From IMG/VR virus record IMGVR_UViG_3300042389_001478, positions 32,001 through 96,000 of that record: 64,000 nucleotides of DNA; one strand, 5' to 3'. Positions 35,501-47,500 of this stretch are shown here, in pieces; position 1 is the first letter of the stretch; each line of letters starts with the position of its first letter. The stretch comes from a virus. The notes beneath the pieces were generated by a model, which was not told the origin of the DNA, made no database searches, and worked only from the letters and a program-made list of their open reading frames with translations. The position numbers and the translations under genes are program-made.

Positions 35501-38500
35501 TGGAGTAACCAAGGAAAAGAAACAGACTAATATAAATGAAACTGCTGCACAAGCTCTTCTCGAACAAAATGCAGGTAAATCTCCTGTTATTAGAAGAATA
35601 TTAAGTAAACCAAAAGCTGGTAGAGATTTTGCACAAATACTTAAAAAACAAGGAGTGACTATACCACCATTTCCAAAATTTGTGGGATCTGGAATGGCTA
35701 ACGCGGTTTTTGATATCGGAAATAAGAAAATGTTAAAAGTTTCTCTCACGGGCTTTGGCGATAATATGATGGCAGGAAATTTCTTTGGAGAGAATGTTGC
35801 TGAAAAAATGGGTATGACAGGTAATTATCAATTACCGATGGGTGTTCCTGGAGTAGCTGGATATTCATCTCATATTGATGCGGGAGTCTTGTCGTCTGCT
35901 ATTCAAGACAAAGCTGTTATGAAAATAAAAGGAAGAAGTAAAAATAAAGATGCTAACGAGCTAATCAAGCGATTGCGTAAACAAGAAGGACTTACAGGGA
36001 TTGATCTTCATAACGACAATATAGGATATAGATATAATCCCAAAACTAAAAAACAAGAACCAGCAATTATAGATGGTTTAGTAGTTCATGATGATAAATT
36101 ACCTCCTGGATTTGATTTTTCGAATCGTTTTAAAATTGGTGGAGAAGTACAGAGATTCCCTATTGGTGGAGAAGTTAGAAGAACCAAAAAAGAACGATAC
36201 AAAAAAATATCAGTAGCAGATGCAGAAAAGCTATCAGCTTCTCAGATTATAACCGGCCTTACTACAGGACAATCCGCTCCAGCTAGAGTAGGGGGTATGG
36301 ATGTTGTAACTATGAGAAAGATTCTCGGCCAACGCAATAGAACACCAGATGATCAACGCAAGAGAGATGAAATTCTAAATGCTTATACTAGAAGAATAAA
36401 TGGAGAAGTAGATCAACGTCTTGGAGTTACTAAGCAGAGACAAACAGCAGGATTACTATTTGGTATTGCTGGTTTGTACGGGTCTCCATTTGCCCCAACC
36501 GATATGGTTGTTGGAGATAAAGGAGAACTTACAAAACCCACAACCGTTCAGGTAATGGGTGGTGTTCCTCGTAAAAAATTAATGGATAGAGCTAATCTAA
36601 GTATTAATGACCTAGACATTTATGGTAAAGATTTTAAAAAGTCTGTTAAAAAAGGAGCTAAAAGATTATTAGTATCAGATATTCTTAGCCAACTAGGTTT
36701 AGGCAAAGCTCTTTATGCTGACTTTGATCGAACATTAGTGTTTGGTGCTGATGATCTTCCAGATATCCAGTCTTTTAATGACAAGAGAAAAGTGGGCAGG
36801 CAATTATTATCAAAAAAAGCTAGACTGAGCGTTCTTGGTCAAAAATTAAGAGATTTATTAGTAGCTAAGCCACAGCTCACACCATCTGTAAAAATATTAA
36901 CAGCAAGACCACGCTCTACACTTGGTCTTTTACAAGCTTTTCTTAGACGACAAAATCTTAATATACCTTCTTCTCAATTTACTGGGGTCGGTGGTAATAA
37001 TTTAAACGAAGCAGCAATAGCAAAATTAAAAGCTGCAGAATTACCTTCTGGATCAGTTTTAGTTGATGATAATGCAAAAAATATAAGAGCAGCAGAGCTA
37101 AAATCTAAAGCACTAAAAGCTCAAGGCGAAGCTGGTATTACAACATTTAGATATAAGAGCGCTAGGAGCCCACTAGATAAGCCGGGCGAAGATACTGCTG
37201 CTGGTCTTGCGTTCCAAGAATCATTAAGAGGACTTCTTTCAGAAAAAAGAGCAGTGGCCGCATTTGCTGAAACAGGAGGGAAGAGCATAGATTTCCCGCT
37301 AGGATTAGGAAGACGAGCAGCATTATTCGGACTAAAACCAAATATACCCACAGATGCTAAAAGAACATTAACTGGTCCATCAACAGCAAAAGAGAATATT
37401 ACTAATTATTTGAAAGCTAGATCATATTCTGCTGGCGGAGATATTCAAAAGTTTCCACAAGGAGGAACACCATCGCCGGGTGGACATTCCTCAAATATTG
37501 TACCAGCATTAGTTAGCACTGGAGAAGCTTACTTTCCACCAGAAGAAGCAAAAAATATAGGCTTAGACAAATTAAGAAAAATGAATCAAGCAGATCGTAA
37601 TGGCATGAAATCCTTTGCTCGGGGTGGTGTTAGTGTTTTCAGAGGTCCGGGATCAGGAACTAGTGATAGCATAGGACCAATAGGTTTGCCAGTAGGAAGC
37701 TTTATCGTTCGAGCAGCTGCAACAAAAGCTTTGGGTCTTAGTTCGGGTGGATCTGTTGGTAATGTACAAAAATTTGCCGCAGGAGGAGCTGCTCAAAGAT
37801 TATTTGTTGGAGGATTATTAAATCCACCACCAGCAGCTAGGCCAGATCTTGGTGGTATGAATGATTCTGAAGCTCGAAGAGTTGTTGGAGTAGTTAATAG
37901 CGTTAATCAGCAACTAGGACAATTAGCAGGAGTATTAGAAGAGCTTGGTGTTGCATCAGGAGATACTGCAAGGTTAATGCAAAGAGGAAGTCAGGCTACT
38001 TATGCTCAAGCTATTCAAGCGACAGAAGCTGATATTAGACGAGCCAGAATAGCAGGAGCATCAGCTCAACAAATAGCAGCTGCAGAAAGTGTGCTACGGG
38101 ATATTAGACAACAAGCTGATAGAGATATCAGAGCAAGAAGAGCATCTGTAGATACTCCGGGCGGAGCTAGAGCTTCCTTGGGTAGTTTAGGTGGACAAGA
38201 TTTACAGAGAATAGATTCTAGAGCCGATCAGCTACGTCAACAAATGATGGAAACAGAAAGAAATCGACTACAGAACCAAACTGTAACTCGCGGAGGAAGA
38301 ACAACAGCAAGATATTCTAATGAACAAGTCGAAGAAAGACTACAAAGACGAGCAGGAAGATTTAATAGACAATCCTACGAACAAGCAACTACTCAAGTTA
38401 CCGGCGGACGAGTCGATCTTGGTGCTGTTGGTTTAACTGGAGATGATGCTCAAAGATATATCCAACAAAGTATGAGAGACCGTAATACTTTAGCTCAGAT

Positions 38501-41500
38501 GGATAGAGCATATATACCACGACGAGCCGCACAGATTAGACAACAATTAGAAGCAGAGCGTGGTGTCGGAGCAACAGCAAGAGAAAGAGCGGCATTAGCA
38601 CGACAAGCATTACGCATGGCTGAGCAAGAGGCAAGAGACAGAGCCAATACTGCACGAGCCGCTGCCAGAGCCGCTGGAGCAGCTGGCCCCGGAGGAGGCC
38701 CAGAAAGCGGTATGGCTAGAAGCATGGGCATGGCCTTTGGTCTACAGATGGTAGGCTCCCTACTTGCACAACAGATTAATCCAGAATCTAGCTCTTCAAA
38801 TGCTCAGATATCTGCTGGTTTACAAGGTGGAACAAACATGCTGGCTACTGGCACCATGATTGGTAGTGGTGTGATGGAAATGTTCCCAGCAATGACACGA
38901 TTACTAGGTCCGATAACGATTTTAACAACAGTCGCACTAGCTGCTGGTCAAGCTTTAATTGATGCTCGAAATGCCGCCATAGAATTTGAGAAAAAATTAG
39001 CTGACAAAAGAGTTCAAGATGCAATGGAGAGAGTTGGTCAAGGCTTTGATAAACTAAGTAAAAATATCAAAGATATTAAAATTCAAGATGATATTACTAA
39101 CAATTTAATTGAAGCTAGTAGAAATGTTAGAAAATCAGTAGAAGCAGATAAAACAACAGCCAAGGCTTTTTGGGCTAATATTACTGATGTTTTTACCTCC
39201 AACACATCATCAAACTTAGCTGAGGCTGCGCAAAATGTATATAACTCCAAGCCAGCTGCTGGCAGAACAGACGCTGATAGAAATGCCTTAGCTGCTGTCA
39301 CAATAAACACCCAAGCTGCTGCAGCTAGCAGGAGCAAGATTTTAGAAAAAGAGGGGGTGTCAGCGTATCTTAGTACTACTAGCATGGGACAATTTTTAAG
39401 TGGAGCTGGCTCACAATCATCTTCTAGAGCTGAAGAAAGAAGATCATCGCTCTCTCTGGGTATGATACCGGAAACAGCCAGAGAAGACTCTAAAAAATAT
39501 GTTGAAGTCGCACAAAGTATGCAAAGAATTATTGAAGATAAATTAAGAAGTGGCTTGAGTGTTAGAGAATTATTAACAGCACCAAAACATGAATTTGAAC
39601 AAATTGCTAGAACAATGGCCATGGCAGACCAAGCCACCCATGCTAATATATTAGCAATCCAACAAGACACTAATCTAACCACAGCAGAAAAAGAAGCTAA
39701 AATCAAAAATATTGCTACGCTTTATGCTGAAGACAAGATTCGCAAATCTGCTAAGTCCGTGGACACGGAAAAAGCGAGTAAAAACTTTGAGAAGAATATT
39801 AATAATATGAGCCGTAGTTTGGAAAGAATGTTCCAAAATATGGATCAAGCTATTGAGAGAACAAGCTTTAGTTTAAGACAAATGTCTCAAGATATGGATC
39901 TCATATCAGCATCTCTTGGTGGACAAGCTAAAACTGGTGATACATCTCTTAAGTCCATGAATATTTTACAAAATCCAAGAGCATATGGTGGACTAGAAAC
40001 CAATGCTGCTAGGGATCAAGCTTCTTCCTTCTTTACTGGGGAACGTAATTTAGTTAAGGGACTATTATCAGTTGGAGATAATTTAGAAACTAGCATAATG
40101 TCTAGTATTAATAAAACTCTTACTGATAATCCAGCAGCTAGCAATGAGCAAATTGGTATCAATATTGAAAAACAAGTTACTAAACAAATTGCTAAACTAC
40201 AACTGCCTCCTGATGTTGGGAACAAACTTGGAGAACAAGTTAAGACCGCGTTGGACGAAATGAGAAAACGCGGAGATGAGAATCTAAATTTTGATGATTT
40301 AATGGAAAAAATCCCAGGATTAAGCAAGGTTCTGGAGAGCGGCAAAAGAGCACAAGAATCTGCACTTAAAGCACTAGAACATTGGCAGAGTTCACTAAAT
40401 TCGTATTCAGAAAAAATTAATCAATTAATAGATCTACAAATCGATACCAATGAAAGACTACGAAGATCAAGTGAATTGGTGATTCGTGGCAATATGGAAG
40501 TATCTCGCGCCCTTGGTAAAGATGTTAGTGTTTCATCTGTTAGATCAGCAAGAAATGTTGGCATAGCTCAACAAACTGGTGGCTTAACGGATGCTGATGC
40601 TATAGCCAAAAACATAATGTCATTAGAAGGCCAACGACGATCACTAGAATCATCGGCTAATTCTGCTGGTAATAGAGGATTAGCTGGGGCTAATGATTTT
40701 GTTAAATTTAAGAGCGGACTATTAGACACTAATGTTGCATTAAGAGAAAATATTGCAGCATTAAAATCTTTAGCAGAAAATGGCGATGTTGCTTCAGCAG
40801 CATTAGGAAAAATACAAGAAGCCCAACAGAAACAAGCTAGCAAAGTTGGATTCATTGAAAAGCTAGTAACTAGCACACCAGAAGAAGTTAATTCTTTAGA
40901 ACGTGCTATGGCTAGATTACAAAATAATATAAATGGTCAACTAAATACTATCAACAACAGTGTTGGTGCACAAAAGGCATATAATGATGCTATAGCGCAA
41001 GGAGCCACAAATGCAGAGGCCATGAGCGCAGCACAAGTTGCTTTTGCTGGCGAAAGAAAAGAAACACTAGGCGCTCTAAATGATTTATTGCCATTTTTAA
41101 GTAATAATCAACAGGGCAATAATATTAAAGCTAATGTACTAGAGAGTATGGCTAGAGAGTCTGGTGTTGGTATTAATCCAATGATGCAAGAGGTGATTAA
41201 TTCTTTAAGAAATCCACAGGCCGACCCTCAAACTCAAGCTGCTATGCAGCAATATCAACAGGCAATTAGTGAACAAGCTAGAGCTAATACTTTACTAGCA
41301 CAACTTAATAGTACTTTGGCTAATGATATTGCTACCAAATCAGCAGCAGCATTGAGCCAAGCTTTAACTGGCGCCTCGATTAAATTTCAGAGCAGTCAAT
41401 TAGACGATATTGCTAAGAATGTTAGATCTATTTCATTAAGAGGTGGTGATCAGCCAGTACCAGCAGCTGGAAAAGCCAATGGTGGCATGATTTATGCTGC

Positions 41501-44500
41501 CGCTGGTACAATGGTTAATTTCCAGCCCAAAGGAACCGACACTGTACCAGCAATGCTTACTCCCGGCGAATTCGTGGTCAACAGAGCTGCTACATCTCGT
41601 AATCTTCCATTATTGCAAAGCATTAATAGTGGTGGCTATAGTAAGGGCGGCAGCGTTAATTATTATTCTTCTGGTGGATATGTTAGTAGCGTATTTAAGA
41701 GTGAGTATTTAGACTCCAAGAACTTAGAGAATAGCGAAAAGCAATATATTGATCCAGAAGATAAAATAATAAAAGATATTATTAGTGGAGACGATAAACC
41801 ATTTATGATTAGGTCTGGATGGAAAAATTTCACTAGACTACAATCACCAGCTAACCAATATCACAGTGCTCAATTTAAAAAGACTTATGTTGGTAGAGTC
41901 GGAGGTTATTTTGGGTTTGGTCTTGATGAAACAAACGATAAAATTCCATTTGAGACCAGTGGTAAATTAGTACCTGGGTCTGCTCCGATCATTGATATTA
42001 ACTCCATAGATGGTGAATATGTTTATAAAAACACACCACCTCCTAATTTATGGCCAGCTGGTAATAGAGAGCTAGGATACTTATTATCAGATAGAAAATT
42101 TAATACTAAAAATATTGCTAAGAATGATTTGTCTAAATATAGAGATATTATCAATGGGCTTATTAGTGTTGTTCCTCCTGGTAGAGTTTGGGGTACAGAT
42201 CCATCAAGCTTTGAATTTAGTTCTCCAGATGATCTTTCCGGCGGCCAGAGCGGCTTTCCATATAATCCTAATTTAAGCAGCGCAAAACCGGTAGGCTTGA
42301 TTTTATCTAGAGGAGCTACTGATATAGGACAGCAAGCCACAGAAAGCACAGATGGAATTCAGAAAATCTTTAATAACAGCAGAGCATTTACCGGACAATC
42401 AGAAGAAGCTTCAGATAGAGCTGGAAATACAACTAGAATATATGGAGATATACAAGGAACGGTCTCTGCTGGGAAACTAACCAACGCAGCAAAACTTGCT
42501 CAAAGAGGTTTTATTAACGACGTTCCAACAGATAATGACACATTTAAATGGATTACTGAAACCAAAAAAATTAGCGAACTAAGAGACACTCAAAAAGAAA
42601 ATCTATCTCTACTTAAAAATACCACCACAGATATTTTTGGTAATAAAATTAATTGGCTTAAAAACACTGAAAAAAATAATAAACTTATTTCTTTACAACA
42701 AAAACTACAAAAAATTTATGAGGGTGGATCATTAATAGAAGATCTTGATGTTTCAGAAAGAGAGTTGATAGATAATACTCAGCTAAGACTAGATGATGCA
42801 TCCGGTAAGTTTTCATTGTTATCTAAACAATTAGAACCCCAATTAGCTAAAAGAGTAGCAGAGCTATCGTCTAGACCAATAGATCAACAGCTTCCAAAAG
42901 ATAAAGAAAATGCTAGAATTGCAACACTAACAAGAATAGGTGGAGCAGCAGGCTGGGCAGACGGAGATCCATTCCCGATCAACTTTAGTGAAAACGGACT
43001 AACCAAACCAACAGTCTCATTTCCATGGATAGCTAATATTGAACCAGAATTTTTCTTACAAAATATTAAAGAACAACAAGAGCAACAAGCTAAAGACCGA
43101 GCATCTGGTAAAGACTATGGGTTTAATATTAGCTCACTAGGATTACAACCGTATGCTGCTAAATTACCGGCACCACTAGACAAAGTAAGCTTCAATTATA
43201 AGGCTGCTTATACCAAATATAGTGGTAGACTATTTGATTTAAGACAAAAAGAACTAGATAATACCAGACCATTAAATGACGCTTTTATTATTGACCCTAA
43301 GCACGATGATGCTCTCAATATATTTAAAAATGCTAATTTCCCAGACAAATCCTTCTTTACAGGATTTCCCGGACCATACCAACCACAAGATTTAGCCAAG
43401 AGAATAAGCGTTAAAGATCCTCAGTCCATTCTAGACTACATGCAAGCTTTACGCAATAATGATCCCAATGCCGATGCTTTAGCTGGAAAAATTAATGGGG
43501 TATCTTTAGCTTTGGGACCAGCCCTGCTCAAGGTTATGAATGATAAGCCATTATATTTACCTGACGACTTATATTATGGTATTGATAATACTTTTCAAAA
43601 TCTTGATATTAGTCCATTTGTAGTAGCATCAGCAAAAGATGCTGCCGGGCAACTTGGTCGTTTAGCCAAAGAAAAAAGCTCCCAGATCAATACCCCAGGA
43701 TCAAAAACTCAAAGTATAAGCGAAGCTGATCTTGGTCCAACAGTGCAAAGAATAGCACAAGCATCTTTAGGCATTTTTGGACGTAGACCAGGAATACCAT
43801 CCGGATATCTTTATAGTCAATTTGGAAGAGCATTATCTAATATTAGTGATCCAATCAAAGCTAAGAATACGGCTTCTGGTATCAGTGGAGTTTTTAGTAA
43901 TTTAGTCAAACAAATTCATGGCATGGCTCCCAGAAATTCAAGAGAATTTGCAGCACTAAGAGATTCCAATATTTTAGCAACAGGCGCCTCTGCTGTTTTT
44001 AACAAACTAGCTTCTGGTAGTACTAATTATATTAAATCATTTTTAGGTGGTGGATCTTCTATAGAAAATCTCTTTAGGTCATTAGGTTCTGGATCTTTCT
44101 TTAATGAGATGGGTAGTCAACAGTTTAGTGAAGATTTTACTAAACAGCTTGGGGCTGATCTTAAGGGAAGCAAATTAGCTAAAATTGGAGCTGATGGCTC
44201 TATCGATTTAACAGATATGAATGAGCAGGATGTTCCTAAGAATTACCAAGGATTAGTTGATCTTGCTATTAATCCTTATCATGAATTTGGAAATAGATCA
44301 GTTCGTCAGGGAATTTTCCAAAAATTAATGACAGACATTCCTAATTTTAGAGCTAATCATAATGTTACAGATCCAAAAACTGGCACTATTTTAGAAAAAC
44401 GACAAACCCAACTACCATTATTTGGGCCTGCTGCTCTTAAGATGATAATGACTAATTTGAATAATTTATCACAATGGTATGGTGGAAATGGTGCTTGGGC

Positions 44501-47500
44501 TGGTCAAGACTATCTTAATGAGAACGACCCTGCTACTACTCCAAATGAAAGAGCAGAATTCTTAGCATCTAATTTCGATGGTGCTTTATATACTACAGCA
44601 ACAGAAGCCCACAGACAACTTGGCGGATTAGCAAACTTTGGAGATATTCCTAATAGAGAATGGCTTATGGCTAGAGGTCAGGCAAAGATGCCCGATATGA
44701 AACCAGTAGTTAAACTTGCTACTGGTGGTATGGTTTATGCGTCTAATGGACAGTATGTTAATTTCCAACCAAGAGGAACTGATACTGTTCCTGCAATGTT
44801 AACGCCAGGAGAGTTCGTTGTTAATCGAAGTGCTACTCAACAAAATCTTCCGCTACTAAGAGCAATTAATAATGGAGCTGATGCTTATAGTATGGGCGGT
44901 GTAGTTTACGCTGCTGGAGGATTTGATCCTTCTCGAATGGCCCAAGGAGCATATCCGTCACAAAGTACTAGTCCTAAGCCATCAATGTGGAGTAGAATGT
45001 TTGGTGCTAGAAATCCTGGAGCTTTTAGACCACGCGGTATGTTTCCAACTTTTGGTGGTGCCGTCGGACATATGGAAAATGGGCTACACAAAGCTTTTGT
45101 TAGAACATCTGGATGGGCTGGTAGGCAGGTCGGAGATGTGGGGAGAGCATTTGGTAACATTGGACATGCTCCGATCAGACCAACTGCTATCCTTAATCAA
45201 TTAACCCAATGGCAGGCTGCGCAACAAGGGGCAATGTTTCCTGCCAGCACAAGTGGTGCTGCTTACCAGAGAATGCAGCAAAATGTACTTAAACAGCTGG
45301 CACAGTACAGTTCGGCTGCAACAAATTATAATGCTAGCAATACCCTATTAGCCAGAGCAGGAAGAGGAGCAACTAGTTTAGCCACTAAGGCCGTTGGAGG
45401 TACAGCAGCTTTCAACTCTGGAATTAATATATTGACTGAAGGATCAAGCGCTCTATATGGTTTTGGTAATGCTGCTTTAGGAGGACGTAATACATATGTA
45501 GATAGTAGACGAGAACAAGCTGCTCAAACCAATAATACTATTTTAGGAGGAGCAGCTACAGGATTTATGTCTCCAATTACCACTATGGCCCAGATGGGTT
45601 TTACTGTTGCTGAACTTAATGAAACTAGGAGAAGAGCTAGTAAAGGAGAAAGTTTAAATAGTGAAGGACGAAAGATATCTGTATCAAACATTGCTAATAG
45701 ACAATATTCTGGAGATGAAAGACATTTATCTGGATTAACAGCAGTAGAAGCTACTTATATTAGACAGATCATAAATTTAGAAAAAGCTTTAGCCAAAGAA
45801 AAAGTTGGGACTAAACGGTACGACCAGCTACAACAAAATTTAAATGATGCAAAATCTAGAAATGTTACAGAAAAAACTCGTGGTATGCTATGGGGTACCA
45901 CAAAAACTACTAGCAGAAAGGCCGGTCTTAGTAGTGGTGACGACGTATTAGACAAAGCTATTGATCAACATAGAGAATATGAGGTTAGATTAGAAGCACA
46001 AAGAGTTGCTCAGGCAGCTGCAGAAAAAGCAGAAGAAGCTAGACTAAAAGCTCAACAACAACAAGCTGAAGCTCAAAATAGAACAAGAGCTGCTGTTACG
46101 GTAGTGTCTAATGCTGGACAAGCAGCTTATAATTTTGGGGTCTCTATGTTTAATAAATTCAAAGAAGATAGAAAGAATGCTATAAATGCTGATAGATCTA
46201 AGAGAACAGCAGCAGCATCTCAGTATTTAGATAAGCCCGCAGTGCCAGATCTAATTAAAGATAGTCAAACTTTCAGAGACGAAAGACAAGCTGCTATCGA
46301 TGAAGTTCGTCGTTTGGATGGGGTTTATCAACAAGAGTCACAGCTAAATAAAAATAGAGGAGATAGCGAAGCAGAACTTAAACGATTAAAGGATTCATAC
46401 GACAAAGAACGAGAAGCCGCACTAGCAGCTGTTGCTAAAGTTGATAGTAAAATTATTGACAGAAATAAAGAAGCAGAAAAACTCAGCCCAGACGAAAGAC
46501 AAGCAGCATGGAAGTCATACAATGATAATCAAGCTAAAACAGCCAAAGATGAAGCATTAGCTCAAGCAAGATACCAAAGTAGAGTTGCTAAAACACAACT
46601 TAAAAAACAGGCCGACGGTCAATTGGCCATAGCAGAAATTACTAGAGTACCCAGACCAACAAAAGATATGAACCCTGAATCATTCTTTAGATGGTCAGAA
46701 AATGCTCGTAAGACATTAAATAGAAAATTCAAGCTGAGCGGAAATGATGAAAAAGACATGGCTATTTTAAGTGCTGCTGGATTATCTCCAGAAATAGCTA
46801 AAGAAGTTATCCAGCCTATCTCTAAAGAGAATAGCTCACTATTATTAGAAATGATGTCAACTAGCGGTAAATATAGTAAACAAGAACTAGGACTATTACA
46901 GCTTAGTGGAGATCAAATAGAACAGTTAACTAGAGCTAGCTCTGGTATGGGTGGCTCAGCCACCGCACAAATGACACTAGACGAAAGAAACAAAGTTCTG
47001 AAAAAACAAAGGGGCTTGGCAGTTAAAACTCAAAAGCAATTGAGTAGAATTGAAAAACAAATTGAGGCTGCTGAAAGACTTGGCCCAGAAGGAAGAATAC
47101 GTCGTCAATCCGCTATTCAACAACAACTATTAAGACAAGGATTAGTATCAGCATCTCAAGATGGTCCTGCTAATCAAGCTAGACTAGAACAATTAGGAAT
47201 GAATAAGGAAAGAGTTGGTTTCATATTCCAACAGCAAGGAAATCAACAAGGTGCTCCAGCAAATGGTATGAGTAACGGAGGAGTGGTTTATGCTGCTGGC
47301 GGAACATTGATTCCATATTCTCCAAGAGGAACCGACACTGTTCCTGCTATGCTAACGCCCGGAGAATTTGTTGTTAATGCTAAGGCCACAAGTCAAAATC
47401 TTCCATTGTTACAAAGTATTAATAAAAGTAGTGGAGGGGTAATTTATCGAGCGGAGGGTGGCGGAAGTGACGCTTTCTCTAACAGACAGCCGACCTCATC

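Noticed and set aside
41700-47260. Virion RNA polymerase hidden in the giant TMP (NFDG at about 44570)
   Set aside because: There is no NADFDGD/DxDGD or T7-type motif set; SNFDGALY lacks the required aspartates.
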